A stretch of 62,970 nt of DNA, filler included, from Intoshia linei (GCA_001642005.1; 12 parts of 12 records of this genome joined end to end with filler, not necessarily neighbours in it); one strand, 5' to 3'; positions 1 through 14,340 are shown, numbered from the whole stretch's first letter. The notes: generated by a model from the letters alone, not told the origin. Made by a program: numbers and translations.

Positions 1-108
1 TTTCGTTACATTCTTTATTTTGTTGTTGTTTAGTTTTAATGTTAAAAATGTTATCCTTTGTAAATTTTATACTGTTCATATTTGGCTTAGAACTAACAAT
101 AAAATATA

Positions 109-335
109 CAGTTAATTTTGTTCGATATGAACATCCTAGAATATGAACTTAGCTCAACATGAACACGACAATTTAGTTTGAACAAACATTTCACAATTGA
201 TCAATAACAATCACAATTGGACATTTCGAAATTTTTAATTATTATCGCCTTTCATATTATATGTTCATATTACAGTATAATATGAACATGATTAAAACCT
301 GGTCCCTTCATGTTCATATAGAACATAACTGACTG
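109..335. mobile_element. pogo/Tigger-like MITE
   Basis: TA|CAGTTAATTTTGTTCGATATGAAC ... GTTCATATAGAACATAACTGACTG|TA: imperfect ~24-bp TIRs beginning CAGT, flanked by TA. Confidence 0.75.
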
Positions 336-509
336 TATATTTTATTGCTAATTCTAAGCCAAATATTAAAGCCAAATTTAAGTTGTTCACATTACAAATC
401 AATGACATTTGAAATTTCAGAATTTTAAGCTTTAAATTTTAGTTTTTTAACATTTCAAAAATGAAATTTTTTGCTTTCAATTTTGAAAATTAGCATAGCC
501 TCGTAAGGG
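336..509. mobile_element. piggyBac-like non-autonomous element remnant (one terminus)
   Basis: Ends CTCGTAAGGG|TTAA; approximate reverse complement of 17654-17770. Confidence 0.6.
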
Positions 510-808
510 TTAAAGTCCTGACCTCAATATGCCTTATAATTGCTTAGAAAATATCATTGGAGGGAGTTCAAATATTTTCTATTTTTTCCATCCTTCACTG
601 GCAAATACTTAATGAAAATTTTCATCAAAATATTCACTGTGATTCACTATTTAGGATTTTAGTTGATTCACTATGTGATTCACTGTTTAGTGAGACCTGT
701 CAAACTCTTAATGAATTAATTATCGTTCAATTTTATTGAATTTTTTTTATATATTTTCGCATTGTCCAGTAAAAAAGTCAAATTGTCCAGGTTAGGAAAT
801 ACTTAAAT

Positions 809-1230
809 TTAATAGTCAAGATTTAAAAAATTTATATAATTTTTTTTTAAGGTATTGTTCGACAATTGAATAGTGTCAATTTTTTTTGCTGCTGAGTTTC
901 CAAACATTAATTCCATTATTTTTTTGATATATGGTAAAATTAAATTTTCTCCAATGCAATGGTATTTTTTACTCTTGGCTATAATTTTATTATGTATCAT
1001 ACTGCATAAGAAGCTTCAACACATTTTAAATCTGATATGAAACATGAATTTGATTGTACTTTTAATTTTTTATCGGTATTATTGATTTTTTCAAAGTATT
1101 TGAGTTATTAATCAATTCTGGGTGAATTTTACTTAAATGAGTTTGTAGTTTTGATGGTTTCATAGATGTATTCGTCAATTCTTTCAAACAAATCATACAT
1201 TTGAGGATTTCATATTCATTATAATTTGTA
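809..1230 (-). mobile_element. hAT (Buster/ZBED8/FAM200-like) transposase relic
   Basis: IAKSKKYHCIGENLILP...MFGNSAAKKIDTIQLSNNT motif; upstream C-x2-C...MKPSKLQTHL zinc-finger remnant; disrupted frames. Confidence 0.8.
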
Positions 1231-1842
1231 TAAGTGTATTAAGGTAATAGCTAATATTAGATATGATAGTGGTGTATGAACACTACACAAGACATTAAAA
1301 ATTTAGAACATTTGGAAATTTTAAGATTTCTTGAGCTAACTCTTTCATAATAAGAAAAATATTTAATCAAGGCACAGTTCAATAATACCGCAGTATTAAA
1401 ATAATGCAAATTAAACTCTCACGTTCAATTTTTGTTAATATTTAAATTAATAACCGCTCCAAACCAAATAATTTTTATGAATATTAATATTACTGTATAA
1501 TAATAATTATAATTATCTCTAGTGGCCAAACAAAACATTAAAAAATTAATAAGTAATGTTAGCAAATGTAAGTATTAATACATGTATGTTACAATTCCTA
1601 TCTCGATTCTCGACTAGACACATTAACAATATACCAAAGTAACATTAATTAATATCGCAGTAGTAGAATCTGGGTCAAACAAAAATACACGAAATAATAA
1701 AATTTGGAAAATGTATACTAGATAATTTTAGTGGCGATTGATTTAATTCTTCAATTAAAAGTATAATTTGCAAAACAGTCATGTAAATATCGGAATAATT
1801 AAATTTATTGAATCAATTAATTTTGTCACTATTTTACCAAAA

Positions 1843-4800
1843 ATGAATAAAAAAAACGCTGCAAATCATTACGATAAAAATTCTTCTGCTAAAGTACATA
1901 AGTTGATTATGCAAATTGCATGTCATTTTTTGTTTTCATTTTAATTTATATTGATTATATATCTAGAAAAGAAGTATATTTGCAAAGTCAAAGACTCACA
2001 ATGATGTTTCGTATGACAGTTATTTCGATGATGTACCGCAGGTACAATTATTTTTTAATTTTTTATGTCATTTATAGAAATCCTTTGAAAGTAAAGAAAG
2101 TTTTAACAATTCTGATAATTGCATGTCCTCGTTTGAAGTTAACAAAGAATCAGAAGAGTCCCTAAGACAAAAACTAATTTTTATTAGAGTACTCAATAAT
2201 TAAAAAAATTAGTATTTTTAACATACTTGTAGGACAAACCAGTCGCTTTTGCTATTAAAACCAACGTGGCTTATAGTGCAAATTATGTGGAAGATTGTCC
2301 TCTTATCGGCGCAGCCATATCGTTCGATATGGGGGAATTTTTGCATATTTATGGAGTATATTTTGTTTTACAATTTTATTAGTAAATTATACAAATAAAA
2401 TTTTAATTTCAGAAATACAACAAAAATTGGTGGATTGGGCGACTCGTTAAAGAAAATTGTGAATTGGGGTTTATTCCCAGTCCAAATAAATTGGATGAAT
2501 TACGCAGGATTCACAATACTAATAGATTCGCCAGATTCTACTCTAAAAATAGGTTTTCAATAATTTACATTTAAATTATTTATGATTAATAATTATTAAT
2601 GATTGATTTTCACATCATTTGAAACAATAAATAATTATGAAATCAATTAATATTGAATACAATTGACTTTTTAATCTTTTCAATATATATTGTATTTAAA
2701 AAATCTATAGTCTGTTAAGATTATTTATTTATGAATAATTATTAGCAAAAATTCTGGATCAGCCCTCAACATTGATAATATCTTGAATACATCGTACAGT
2801 CGTAATTACAATTGTGTAATTTTAATTTTTAATATGTTGTCTAGCTGGAAATAGTGTAGAAAAAAATGATGCAGTTAGCCCGGGAGAAATGAGGCGTAAT
2901 GCTCAAGTAAATATAAAAGAAAAAAAAAGACCCATATTTAAGAAGGTTTGTATATACCAAATTTTCATAATAATATCGTTTAGAGCCCTTTGATACCTTG
3001 CTACGACGTCGTTCCAACTATGAGACCTGTTATTTTTATTGGACCGTCCCTTAAAGGTTATGAAATAACTGATATGATGCAAAAAGTATTATTTGATTAC
3101 CTCAAAAATCGATTCGATGGAAGGTAAATTTACTAAATTTAATTTATTTGAACTATTAATAAATTAATTGTAATACAATTAAATATAAATTTTTAAATAA
3201 AAACAAAAGCAGTTGCTGATTACTACTGAAAATTGAAATTTCTATTGATAGAACGTAAAATATGATTGATTGCCCATACTTCACAGTATACTGACAAATA
3301 TAGTTTAGTATCGTTAGTAGTATAAGGAACTTAATACGAAGCATACGTTTATATAAAATTGTGTGTTTTATATTTACTATGCTTTGGAAATTCGATTCTA
3401 TGATTCGATAATCCTTGTTTATATAAAGGTCTATTTGTTTACTTGTCTGTGAAAAATTATCAACAACAAATAGTCATACAGCTTGTTTCTTAAACTTCTA
3501 ACACGAAACTATATTTCATAACTACATTACATTCATTAACAATTTTATAAAAAAAATCATTAGAACGGCTAAATTCTTGCTTTCCTTTATTTATACAATA
3601 AATTGACCAAAAATAAAAATTAGAGTAAATTACAAAAAACTACAATAAAATTTATTTATGTTATATCTAATTTTAATTTTTTAAAAAAAGGGTTATTTAG
3701 GCTGCCCTAAAAATATATTTTTTTAAAATTTAAATTTATGATAATATTTATCATTTTAAAATCTGTATCAAAGTGTTATGTTTTTGTAAATTCTAAAACT
3801 GGTGTGATTTGAAACCCAAGTACTTTTTTTTTAAATATAATTAGACCTAGAATTTAAAAAAATATAAATTGTGGGACGCGTTTTAAAATCATTAACATTC
3901 TCAATCTCAGCCTCAGAAACTTACAGCTTCATGGTGATGAACTCAAATGACTTTTTTTTTAAAAACGAAAAGTCCTTGAATTTAAAAAAAATTACAGCTA
4001 ATATACACAAAAAATTTAAATCTTACAAAGTAACGCCTTGACCGTCAAAAAAACAGTTTGGTAAGTTTTTTTTTATTTGGTAACTATCCTAACTTATATA
4101 ATATGCTACGCGATTTTTGTCTGTGTGTCTGTCGGTCTGTGTGTGTTACGCTTTATTTAAATAACTACCAGTCTTAGAATTTTTTAAAGACCACATTTCA
4201 ATACAGTTTTTTTCGGTACGTATATTAAGATAAATTTCAACCTCCCAATTTCACTCAAAAGTTCACTCTTTTTGAAAATCAAACGAGTTGAAGAATTTAA
4301 AAAAATATATACGCTAATACGAATTTTAAAATCACAAACATTATCATAAATTTAAATTTAAAAAATTATATCTGCAAAGCCAAAACCCCAAATTACTCTT
4401 TTTTTTATGAAAACAGCCCTAGAATTTCAAAAAATTTACAGGTGGTACAGTTGCAAAACTTTCAATCCGAATAAGTGATGACTTCACGATCAAAAAAGCA
4501 TTTTAGTATTTATATATTTTTTTCCGAAATATTTTATTAAAAAAAACAAAATGTGAAATAATTAAAGGTCCGAAAATTAAAAAAAAAAATTTCTGATAGA
4601 GCTTATTCCAGTTGATATAAATACAAAATTTCGACCCCAGAAATATACGCATTCCCGATGAAAAATAATTTTTAATATATTATCAACCAATATTTTTCAA
4701 ATATTTCGAATTAAAATAAAAATGAAGATGAAAATTTTATTATAATTATAATCCTTAGTAAAATAAAGTAAAATGGTTAAAAATGTATCTGTTGATTTGT

Positions 4801-6494
4801 TTGTTTATTTATTTTTTTATTTATTTGTTCCAGTTTATTTAAGAAAGTAAGGGGGTCGAGTTTTATAAATTCTCTATTCGTATATCCGTTTTTCGAGAGT
4901 GATGTTTTATCGCAAATTTCAATTTCAGAAATTAAGTTCTTCAAGGTTAAAAACCCCAATTGCCCTTAATTTTCAAATTAAGGTAATTAATAGTAAATAA
5001 GTAATAAGTAAAGGTAATTTTCAAGGTCAAAACTCAGATAACCTTGTTTTGTAAAAATGTAAAAAATTTTTATTTTATAAATGTAGGGGTAACAACTGTT
5101 GAGTACGTTAGTAACCCTATCTTCAATGCATGATAGAAAAAAGTATGTACTACAGATATTTCAAATTTTAATTTTTCTGGAATTCATATTTGTAACGTAA
5201 ATTTGATTTTTTTAAGCTTTTACACTCGTTTTCTATAATTATAATAAATTTAAAAATCGACCCTCGGTAGAGCTACTGTAACTTCTGTGTGTACAAAGTA
5301 CGAAGCAGTCAACCTATTATATTATTTTGTTAACAGAAAAATGTAAAATGTAAAAACTATAATACTATTATTAGAATAACAATTACACGAGTTAGCGTGG
5401 AACTGTCTTTAGCTAAGCGAAATATGATGACACATTTTGGTTCAAACAAAGAAAAAAATACCGTATTAGGTACTAATTTTTATCTACATACATTTAAGTA
5501 AAATGAAACATAAAACGTAAATATGAAATTTTAATTTTAATGATGGTTCTAATTACTCTTTTTAATGGTTAATTGTTAAGTTTAGTGGAAGTTCAAAATC
5601 ATATTGAAAGAATATTTAATTTGGCCAGAACAATGATGTTGGTGGTATTAGATTGTGATACTATAAACCACCCGTCTCAATTAATGAAAACACCATTATC
5701 TCCAATCATTGTATATATTAAAATTTCGTCCCCAAAGGTATGTTTATATTTCTTTTGAGATTATAAACAATGAACTTCAATAATTAAGCACAACAAACTG
5801 TATATCAAATGTATATAATGACGGGTACAGTGTTTTCTGGTGAGACTAGCAAAAAAGTAAAATAAAAATAATGTTAATTGTGAAATGTTAAATTAACTTT
5901 ACTTTAAAAAAGTTGACTAGACGTGCAAAATAATTTCGTGAGATAGGTCCTCAATAAGTATGTTTCACATTAACGGATGCGTTGAACCATATGGAAATAA
6001 ACACAAATCAATTAATACATATTCTATAATTTAAGGTGTTACAAAGATTAATAAAATCGCGTGGAAAGAGTCAAACGAAAAACATGAACGTTCAAATGGT
6101 AGCTACCGAAAAATTGAGCCAATGTCCTTTGGAAATGTTTGACGTAATTTTGGACGAAAACCAATTAGATGAAGCATGTGAACATTTATCAGAGTATCTA
6201 GAATCATACTGGAAAGCTTCACACCCTATCTATAACATTCAGACCGCATCTAAAAATGAAGTATTCAAAAAATCGCCTGACGACGTGAAACCACGAGCAT
6301 CCATAACATCCGGAATAATGAATTTTATCAACCGTAAAAAGAATAAAAAAAATTCTGATATTGAACGTAAAAATTTGAGTTCAATTAACTCAAATTCATC
6401 AATTTCAAAAAGGGACTCTAATCATATTGAACTAAAAAATCAAAACCCAACTCCATCTAAATCAACTCTTAAATCTGAATCTTCTTTTAATTAA
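1843..6494 (+). CDS. CACNB: Voltage-dependent calcium channel beta subunit (SH3-HOOK-GK), ~11 exons
   Basis: Spliced exons give [11 protein letters not shown]...AISF...[19 protein letters not shown] (SH3), [38 protein letters not shown]...[27 protein letters not shown]...[21 protein letters not shown] introns; large intron ~3124-5374. Start exon less certain. Confidence 0.95.
4087..5317 (+). mobile_element. Non-autonomous Helitron-like element (composite) in CACNB intron
   Basis: A|TCCTAACTTATATAA 5' end followed by a GTCT/GTGT microsatellite; 4087-4605 closely matches the reverse complement of 32105-32694; degenerate family 3' end at 5260-5317. Confidence 0.65.
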
Positions 6495-6556
6495 GAAAAA
6501 TCTTATATATAATACTTGTATCATTATAAAAATTAAACGTTTAATAATATTTATCG

Positions 6557-9500
6557 TTATTTAAAATTTACACTTTTTTCTAAATCTTTGGATTTGAATT
6601 TATGGAGTTGTAGCAAATCTTGGGCACACATTTGTTTTATAATTAATACACTATTTTCATTCATTAAATTTTGTTTCCGTTTTTCTAATTTTGAGGTTTC
6701 TATTAATTTTGTAGTCATATCATGTCTTAGTCGCTTATTTTCGATTTTTATTGTGTTCATATAATCATTAATATATTTATGAGTTTCCTAATGTAGATAA
6801 TTTTAGATTCATTTTTAAAATTTAATTCAAAAATACTTTTTGGGCTTCTTCACATAGTTTGCTTTTTTTTATATCAAAATCCATTTGTTTTAATGTCTAT
6901 ATTTTATTTTTATAATATCAATTTGATTATAATTATAATTTTATCTATTTGTTAATTATTAAAACTTAATTTAAAATAATCTGGATGATCAATAATTTTG
7001 TGTCATAGGATTATATTTTCGTCTTCTCGTTTAGATTGCACTGTAAAAAAAATCCCAGAAATTCTTTACAAAATCTATGTGTAGGATAAATTTGCCCTTT
7101 TTTTAAAGATAATTTTATAATTGAAATTTTTATAATTTTATTAGATTTACCATATTTAATTATGTATTTAAAAAATATTAGTTACCTAAAATAGTTGGCT
7201 TAATGATTTAAAACATGCAATAATCCTTTGTATAAAAAAATACATGTATTAATTAATATGATATTATTAGTGTAATTAGGGGATAAATTTCCCTCTATCT
7301 TTCAGAATATACATTTTGCAATTCAGTCTATCATTTAAAATAAAACCTATAATTTTTTTTAAAACTGTCAAAATGTCCTGTGTAATATATGATGTAATGT
7401 AAAGGCGTTTCGAAAGTAACATCTTGCAAAATTAATTTCAAAATGGAATTTCATAATAAATTAAATTTTGTCAACATTAAAAGAACTATCTTAATGTAAA
7501 ATATCTTACGGAAAATTATCTAACCCGTTGACAAAGTTGCTTGACATAGTTGTAAATAAACGTTTACTATTCTAATTTTAAAACATTTCTAATACATAAT
7601 GGGGTGCATGAAAAAAATATAATAGCTAAAGGGGGAATGAGAAAAAATTAGTCAAGCACCCTGATCTACACCGTAGTAGTACCTGTGGCTCAAATTCTTC
7701 TGAGGTGAATTTTAAAACATTTTGTATAGTCAATAACTAATTATAAACATGAATTTATAATTAGAGAACACCCATAATTGTAATTTAAAATTCATGCTAA
7801 TAAAAATAATTTAAAATAAACTGGCCTACTAAATTAAACCTACAAACCTAACCTTGATAATTAGAATTTAATTTAAATATTTTGGAAATTTTCCAAAATA
7901 TATCAAAAGATTAAAATTAATTCGACTAATAATAAAAATAATAATAACCTTTCGATCTAGAAAATCTTGTTTTACTCTTTCCATATAAGTGGCATTTTTT
8001 TGTCTAGCCTCAGAAAGTTTTTTTTCCAATTCCATTATTTTATCATTCTGTACTTGTTGAATGTCCTAAAATACGACAATTATTAATTTTATTAGAATTT
8101 TTAAAATTTAACAGAATTTTATTACTTTCTAAAAATTCACAGTCGGTTGATTAAAATTTTTTCCGTTATAAAGGAAATAGTCTGTATACGTAAATCTGAA
8201 GATTACCTTACAATAAAAAGTATTAATTGAGAATAAAAAGAATAAGTGAATGTCTTGTATACTCTTCAGCGTTACAAATAAATTATTAACATGTATAACA
8301 TGTATATAACATGTATAATATAATACGTCATAGATATTTATTTTACCCTGCACATAAATATTAAATTTACCATAAATGGTTTCATATCATTTTGTTTTTT
8401 TTCATATTGTGATAATTGTATTTGTTTTGTGAGGAGCTCATTATTTAATTCTATTAATAATGTGATTAAGTACACTACAATGTATTACACTACACAACAC
8501 TGAAAAAAGTTTTGAGCTATAAACCATATTTTAATAATACTTAAGGTTATATCTTCACATCACCTAAATAAAAAAAATAATCGAGTAGTTAATGAGATAA
8601 TTACTAATTCAATTTTTCTATTACTGCAGTTAGAACTACAGATATTTATTATGTAAATTTTATTTAACGTTAAATTGATAATTAATGAATCAGTATTGTT
8701 TAAAATCCAAGAATTTTTGTTTAATTTGTGATATGTCATATACAAAACATAAAAAATTATTTCATCATTAAATGTTCTTCATTAAGGATAAAATATGAAG
8801 AAACGTATTCTGCTGAATATTTATTAAAACTTAAATAAAATGAAATTTACACATCAGAAAGTTGTATATTTTGGTTAACAGTCAGCGACAGCTAGTATGG
8901 TAGGAAAAATAAAATTTTTAATACTCAATATAAATTTCATTTAAAAACAGCACAAATATTATTGACTCTCAAATTGTTGTCATTTAGGATGGGACACATT
9001 TACCTAAAAAAGTAAATTAAAGCTAAAAATCAACTTTATTTTTACTACCATATAAACTCAATTATTGTAAAATTTAAGTACTCACTTCAATATCTCCATC
9101 GTACTATTTGATTTTATCTTAATCCGCATTTTTTTATAATCTAACTAACTCTATTTTCAATTTTATTTTAATTCAAAATTTAATTTATTAGTTTAAAAAG
9201 GTTAAATTAATAAATAAAAAGAATTGATGATATTATNTCAATTTTATTTTAATTCAAAATTTAATTTATTAGTTTAAAAAGGTTAAATTAATAAATAAAA
9301 AGAATTTATGATATTATTTCGGCATTTTATAACACTAAACTTATGTTCCATTCAATATAATAAAAGATTTTACTCTACCACGAAGTAAGCAATTTGATAG
9401 CCTAGAACAACTTGTGCTGTTGATATATACACCATATCAAGAGATGTAAAGGGGTAGAAAGTTTGAATTCAATTGGAAAGGTTATATTTTTCACCTAGCA

Positions 9501-11197
9501 CAATAGCTGTCGCGAACTGTAAATTAAGCATCTTCATTGTTTAATAAATCTGTTAAAATATTAACCCAAAACTCTTAAAAAAAGTTTGTTTTTGAAAAAC
9601 CCATTACTTTTTTGAGACTTTAAAGTTAAATCCTTATTTAAACAATGTTATTATATTTTAAGTGTTTAAATATATTAAAAAAATCTTTTTACATACAAAA
9701 TAATTGTAATATAAATATAACAAAAAGGTTTTACATTTTTTTTGGTATTTCTTACGTGTCTCTATTTCAGTAACAACGCGTTAATTTTCTTTCTAATTTT
9801 TACAATATGATTTTCTCGATTCACTCTTTCACAAAATAATAAAAGTTAGCCAAAACTTTTTACAAAGTCTTAAAATGTTGTGCCGTGTTATTAGCAATAT
9901 ATATTAATATGTAAAATCAATGTTTCCCAACCTGGATGATATCACACATACTATTTAAATATAAATGTATATGCAAAATTTTATTATTTCTTGAATTTAC
10001 ATACATGATGTAAAAATTTGGGTTTTTTTCCATGAAAGGATCAATTTCTGAAAATAAAATTTACGATACTGTATCAATTTTGAAGAACTGTACTAGAAAT
10101 TCGGTTTTTAATTTATAAAACTCTTCAATATTTTTATTTTTATATTAAACGGTAACACAGATAAAGGTAAACGGTAATTAATTCATTTTTCTTATCTTAT
10201 CGCTTATATTTTCAGCTATTTTAAATTTATTTCAATCTGTTTTTGAAAAGTGGCTACCTGAATTAAAAATGAACTGTTACAGCTACAGATAATTAAAAAT
10301 ATCAAAATAGTTATCAAAAAATTAAAATTCGTTCAAGTGAATCAGGTTTTCAAAATTTTTCGAAAAATTTCGAAAAATTGCATTTTACCAACCCTTTTGA
10401 GAAATATTCTATCAAAGCTGAGTTAAATTAAATTATATAAATATATATTAATATATATAAATAATATAAATGATTATTATTTAAATTAATGTTAGTTTAG
10501 ATTTTTAAATTTTTTATCGATACTTTTTTTTATTTATTGCTCTCCTACTAGTGACACATGGAGAGTTTGGAAACACTGACTGAAAGAAACCTTTCTTTTT
10601 TTCGTCATATAATTTAATAATCTCTTGGCTCTGCTTCTCCAGAATATGAATTTCATTTTTATTGTTGTCACTTAGACTTACAATTACGTTTTCTCGTTTT
10701 TTCAATTTTTTATTAAGATAATTCATATACTCATGCTAAAAAAATAAATTATGATAGATATAGATAAAATACTAATTAATGGATCAGAGCAGATACAATC
10801 TACCCAAACTATCCTTATGTTAGTTGTCGAGTTGCAGTAAATTATAAAATAAATAATGACGAAACTACAAAAATGTAGCACACTTTTAAATATGAATATT
10901 TACATTTTCATCCAAGACTCGCTGGATTTCATTTTGAATGAAAGCATTTTTTTTTTGACTAATTTTAACAATATATTTTTCAATTTTTATACGCTCTATA
11001 CCCCTCTATAATTTGCATTTCCAAACTTTGTAATTTTTTTTGTAAGTCTATGTTTCTAATAAAATAAAATTAAATTTTGATATACAGAGTATATCATACT
11101 ATTCAAAAAATTACTCCTTTTTTAATATTTCTTCATTATTAACCTTTTCTTCGACTTGTTCATTTTGTTGTATTATAATTTTTTTCTTTTTTGCCAT
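6557..11197 (-). CDS. CCDC166: CCDC166/CCDC121-like (DUF4515) coiled-coil protein, ~8 coding exons
   Basis: Phase-consistent exons: MAKKKK...; NAFIQNEIQRVLDEN|HEYMNYLNKK...IVSLSDNNKNEI; ELNNELL...MKPFM; DIQQVQNDKIMELEKKL...VKQDFLDRK; ...TIKIENKRLRHDM. These are colinear with the CCDC166 sequence as I recall it. Confidence 0.8.
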
Positions 11198-11759
11198 TGT
11201 TTTATGAAACTATGAAACGCAAATACAAATATTTTTCATTAGTAAATGGAAAACAGTTTGGTAATAATATTTTCAAATACACATACTACGTATAGATATT
11301 TAACTATAATTACTTTGTCTCGTACTCACGTCATTCTAGTGGTCCCGATGGTCTTTAGGTTGTAACTGTATATATTTTTTTCAAGTAGGCCGCGTTAATT
11401 ATCTATATTTCCAACTTCTTTACCGTTATTTTAAATTAATTTTAATTGATAATTTTCATGAAATCAAAAACTTTTCATAAATACACGTCAAAATTGTTAC
11501 ACACAGAAAAACGTTTTTAGCAACTTTTACATTAATATATAAAATTGAATTTCTGTGCGTGTTATAAAATAATTATTAATTAACATTGTCGTATATCTTA
11601 GCACAAAAACGCACTCATTCATGGTCAACACAACAAATTACCATTTTTATAAAAATAAATAAAGTCCTATAATGTTATACAACCTAAATTGTTATATAGT
11701 TTTTAAAATCATGAACATTATAATAAATCACAACCTTAAAAAGATGTAATTTAACCATG

Positions 11760-11967
11760 AAAGTCCCAGATTACCCTTTTTTAAAAAATCAAAATAGTCT
11801 TATAATTTAAAAAAAGTTTTGAATCACTCTTTTGAAGGAATGGGAATAGTGAATATTAACATGTTTAAGTAAGATCATATTGAATTTATTATTTTGGTAG
11901 AATTAAAAAAGTTAACCCTCGGCAGATCTAGCGGCTGGAAATACAAAGTACATAACAGCCAAAATAG
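11760..11967 (+). mobile_element. Helitron-like family 3' fragment
   Basis: CCCTCGGCAGATCTAGCGGCTG...GTACATAACAGCCAAAATAG|T matches the 3' end at 27394-27444. Confidence 0.6.
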
Positions 11968-13489
11968 TAAAATGTATTAGTAAGAATTATTCATTTGCAT
12001 ATAAAATTTAATTACTACACTCAAACCTGGTCTTGGTGAACATCAGCCCAATTTAAAAACTAAAATATATTTTGTTAACTGAAATGTACATCAAAATATC
12101 AAAATATAGGTCGAATTATATTTTAATGTTTATATAAAACTATATTATAAACAGCAAAAACAGAGTTTATGAATATTTATTTATAATTTCTTATTTTACA
12201 ATATTTACAGTATTTACTAGAAAAATTAGGGACTTTATCACGTTGTAATTTCAATATTTTTTTCTGTCGGTAGCTCTGAATTGGAGATAACTTTTAAAAT
12301 TTGACTTTTTAGTCTAAATAAAATATTAGATTATAATAACAGTGTTACATTTATTCAAGAAACTATTAGGGGCTTTAGTTTAGAAACCAATTAAGTTCAT
12401 ATAAGAAATTCAACGTTTTGCAATTTAGTAAGATAAATTTCAAACTCAGAAATTGACACCTGCTTGCAGAGCCGAACCTACCCAGCTCAAGACCACCGAA
12501 AATGAAAAATAGGACCTTAAAATCTTTTTTCACAAACTAGGAAATTCATAGTGTCACATAGCCCCTACGACCTCTCCAAGGCTCTTGGGTTGATATTTTA
12601 AATTTAATACAAAAAGTAGTTATGACATTCAAGAATATCATTTTTTTAATGCTCAATTTGGAAAAATGACGTCAAACAAATTTTATCAAAACTTTCGACG
12701 AGGCCCCCGAAAGAGAAGACTCAGTATGGAAGGTTCGGAACAGCCTATATCATTAAAAACGCAAATAATGCTATTTTTAAAAATAAAAAACCTTAGACTT
12801 TTAAATAACACAATTTCTCGACTGTTTTTAGAATTATTAATATTAAAATTAATATTATCATAAATTAAACCCATAAAAATTGCATTTTCACGGTGAAAAT
12901 CCTAAATTACTCATTATTTTGAAAAATGAAAAAAGAATTTTAAATTAGACCTTAAATTTAATAAAATTATAGCTAATACAGTTATTTGCAGTTGACATAC
13001 ACAAAATTTTTAACTTCACAAGTACATCTTCACGGTCAAAAAAGTAATTTACTAATTTAATAATAATAATAAATAAATGAATTGCAAAAATTTTTGAAAA
13101 TAACAAATATTAATCCAAGTCTTGAATTAATACTTGAATGTTTGTTTGTTTTACAGTCTATTTAAAAAATTAAACGTCCAAAAATTTAAAAAACCAGATT
13201 TCTAACAGTTTTTCAAAAATAATACAGCAGTAAGTGCAAATTTTATTCTTAGAATATGAGACCTTCAGGGACAAAAACTTAAATTACTTTGTTTATTTAA
13301 GAAAGAAAAAAATTCTATACATTAAAAAACATTCCAAACTGCATATGCAGTTCTCGAGTCTTAAAGTGTTAATATATAATAACTGTCGTATACCGAGCGT
13401 AAACAAAATAAAAATTTATTGAACTCACTATATAATTAAATTATTTAATTTCTTTGTAGATATTTTATCATACGATATTATTTGATATA

Positions 13490-13679
13490 CAGTGAAACCT
13501 ATTTATAAACAAACGATTTTGAAAATTTAACGACTAATTTGTTTTTAAAAAACCGTAATATCTGTTATAAAAATTCCATACAACGTAAACTGTTGATATG
13601 TGAAAATGTAATAAACAAATTATACAGGATTGATATATTTTTAAAAGTATGATAATTTGTTTATAAAGACGTTTCACTG
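13490..13679. mobile_element. pogo/Tigger-like MITE
   Basis: TA|CAGTGAAACCTATTTATAAACAAA ... TTTGTTTATAAAGACGTTTCACTG inverted termini. Confidence 0.7.
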
Positions 13680-14328
13680 CAATTATATTATCGCATTATA
13701 TTAACAAACTGAAAAAATAGTTTTCAGATTTAGCCCTCGTTTTAGAATGAACAGTTAATAACGGAAATACCGGACACCGCGTTATTGATCATTATATAAA
13801 TACATATATCTTAACCATATTTAAAGTTACTTCATATAAATTCCAATCACCAATATTGAAAAAAAGCAAACCACACAAAGTGTTGTACAAAATATAAACG
13901 AATACATTTACATAAGTTGATAATAGTAGCGTAAATTGTTTACTTTATGTTTGTAAAGTTTGCAATGATATTGAATTGGAATGTTGAAATAATAAACGTA
14001 TAAAAATCCCAATAACTGAAACATCTTTCCCTATATAATAATTGTGAAGATCATGTTTCTCAAAGGCAACATCACATAGTACTTTTAGTAGCTGCCCCTC
14101 GTGTTGAAATTAATTTAGAGTAGCATACGTGTAACATATTAATTTTAGAATCATCTTTCTCTTTAAATATATTTTCTTCAGTTAACATATCAATTAAATG
14201 ATTAAATAATTAAATATTTTTAGAAATGAAATGACGAAACAATATTTTAATAAATATAAATGTAATAATTTAATCTTGTACACANNNNNNNNNNNNNNNN
14301 NNNNNNNNNNNNNNNNNNNNNNNNNNNN

Positions 14329-14340
14329 TTAATTAATTAA
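14329..14340. other. Artificial scaffold linker TTAATTAATTAA in a 100-bp N gap (also at 16207, 17457, 44427, 46789, 48066, 52096, 55946, 57160, 60277, 61817)
   Basis: Identical 44N+12+44N spacer repeated 11 times; the 12-mer has stop codons in all six frames. Confidence 0.97.

Noticed and set aside
2984-3123. Possible flatworm-type variant Cav beta lacking the two PKC sites
   Set aside because: The motif reads VVPTMR...GPSLK, so both S/T-x-R/K sites are retained; conventional subunit
9086-9150. Possible extra CCDC166 exon with a GTGAGT donor
   Set aside because: The flanking exons already join in phase and colinearly with homologs; this segment has an incompatible phase
9157-9318. ~80-bp tandem duplication
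   Set aside because: The copies meet at a single N (9237), typical of unmerged contig overlap
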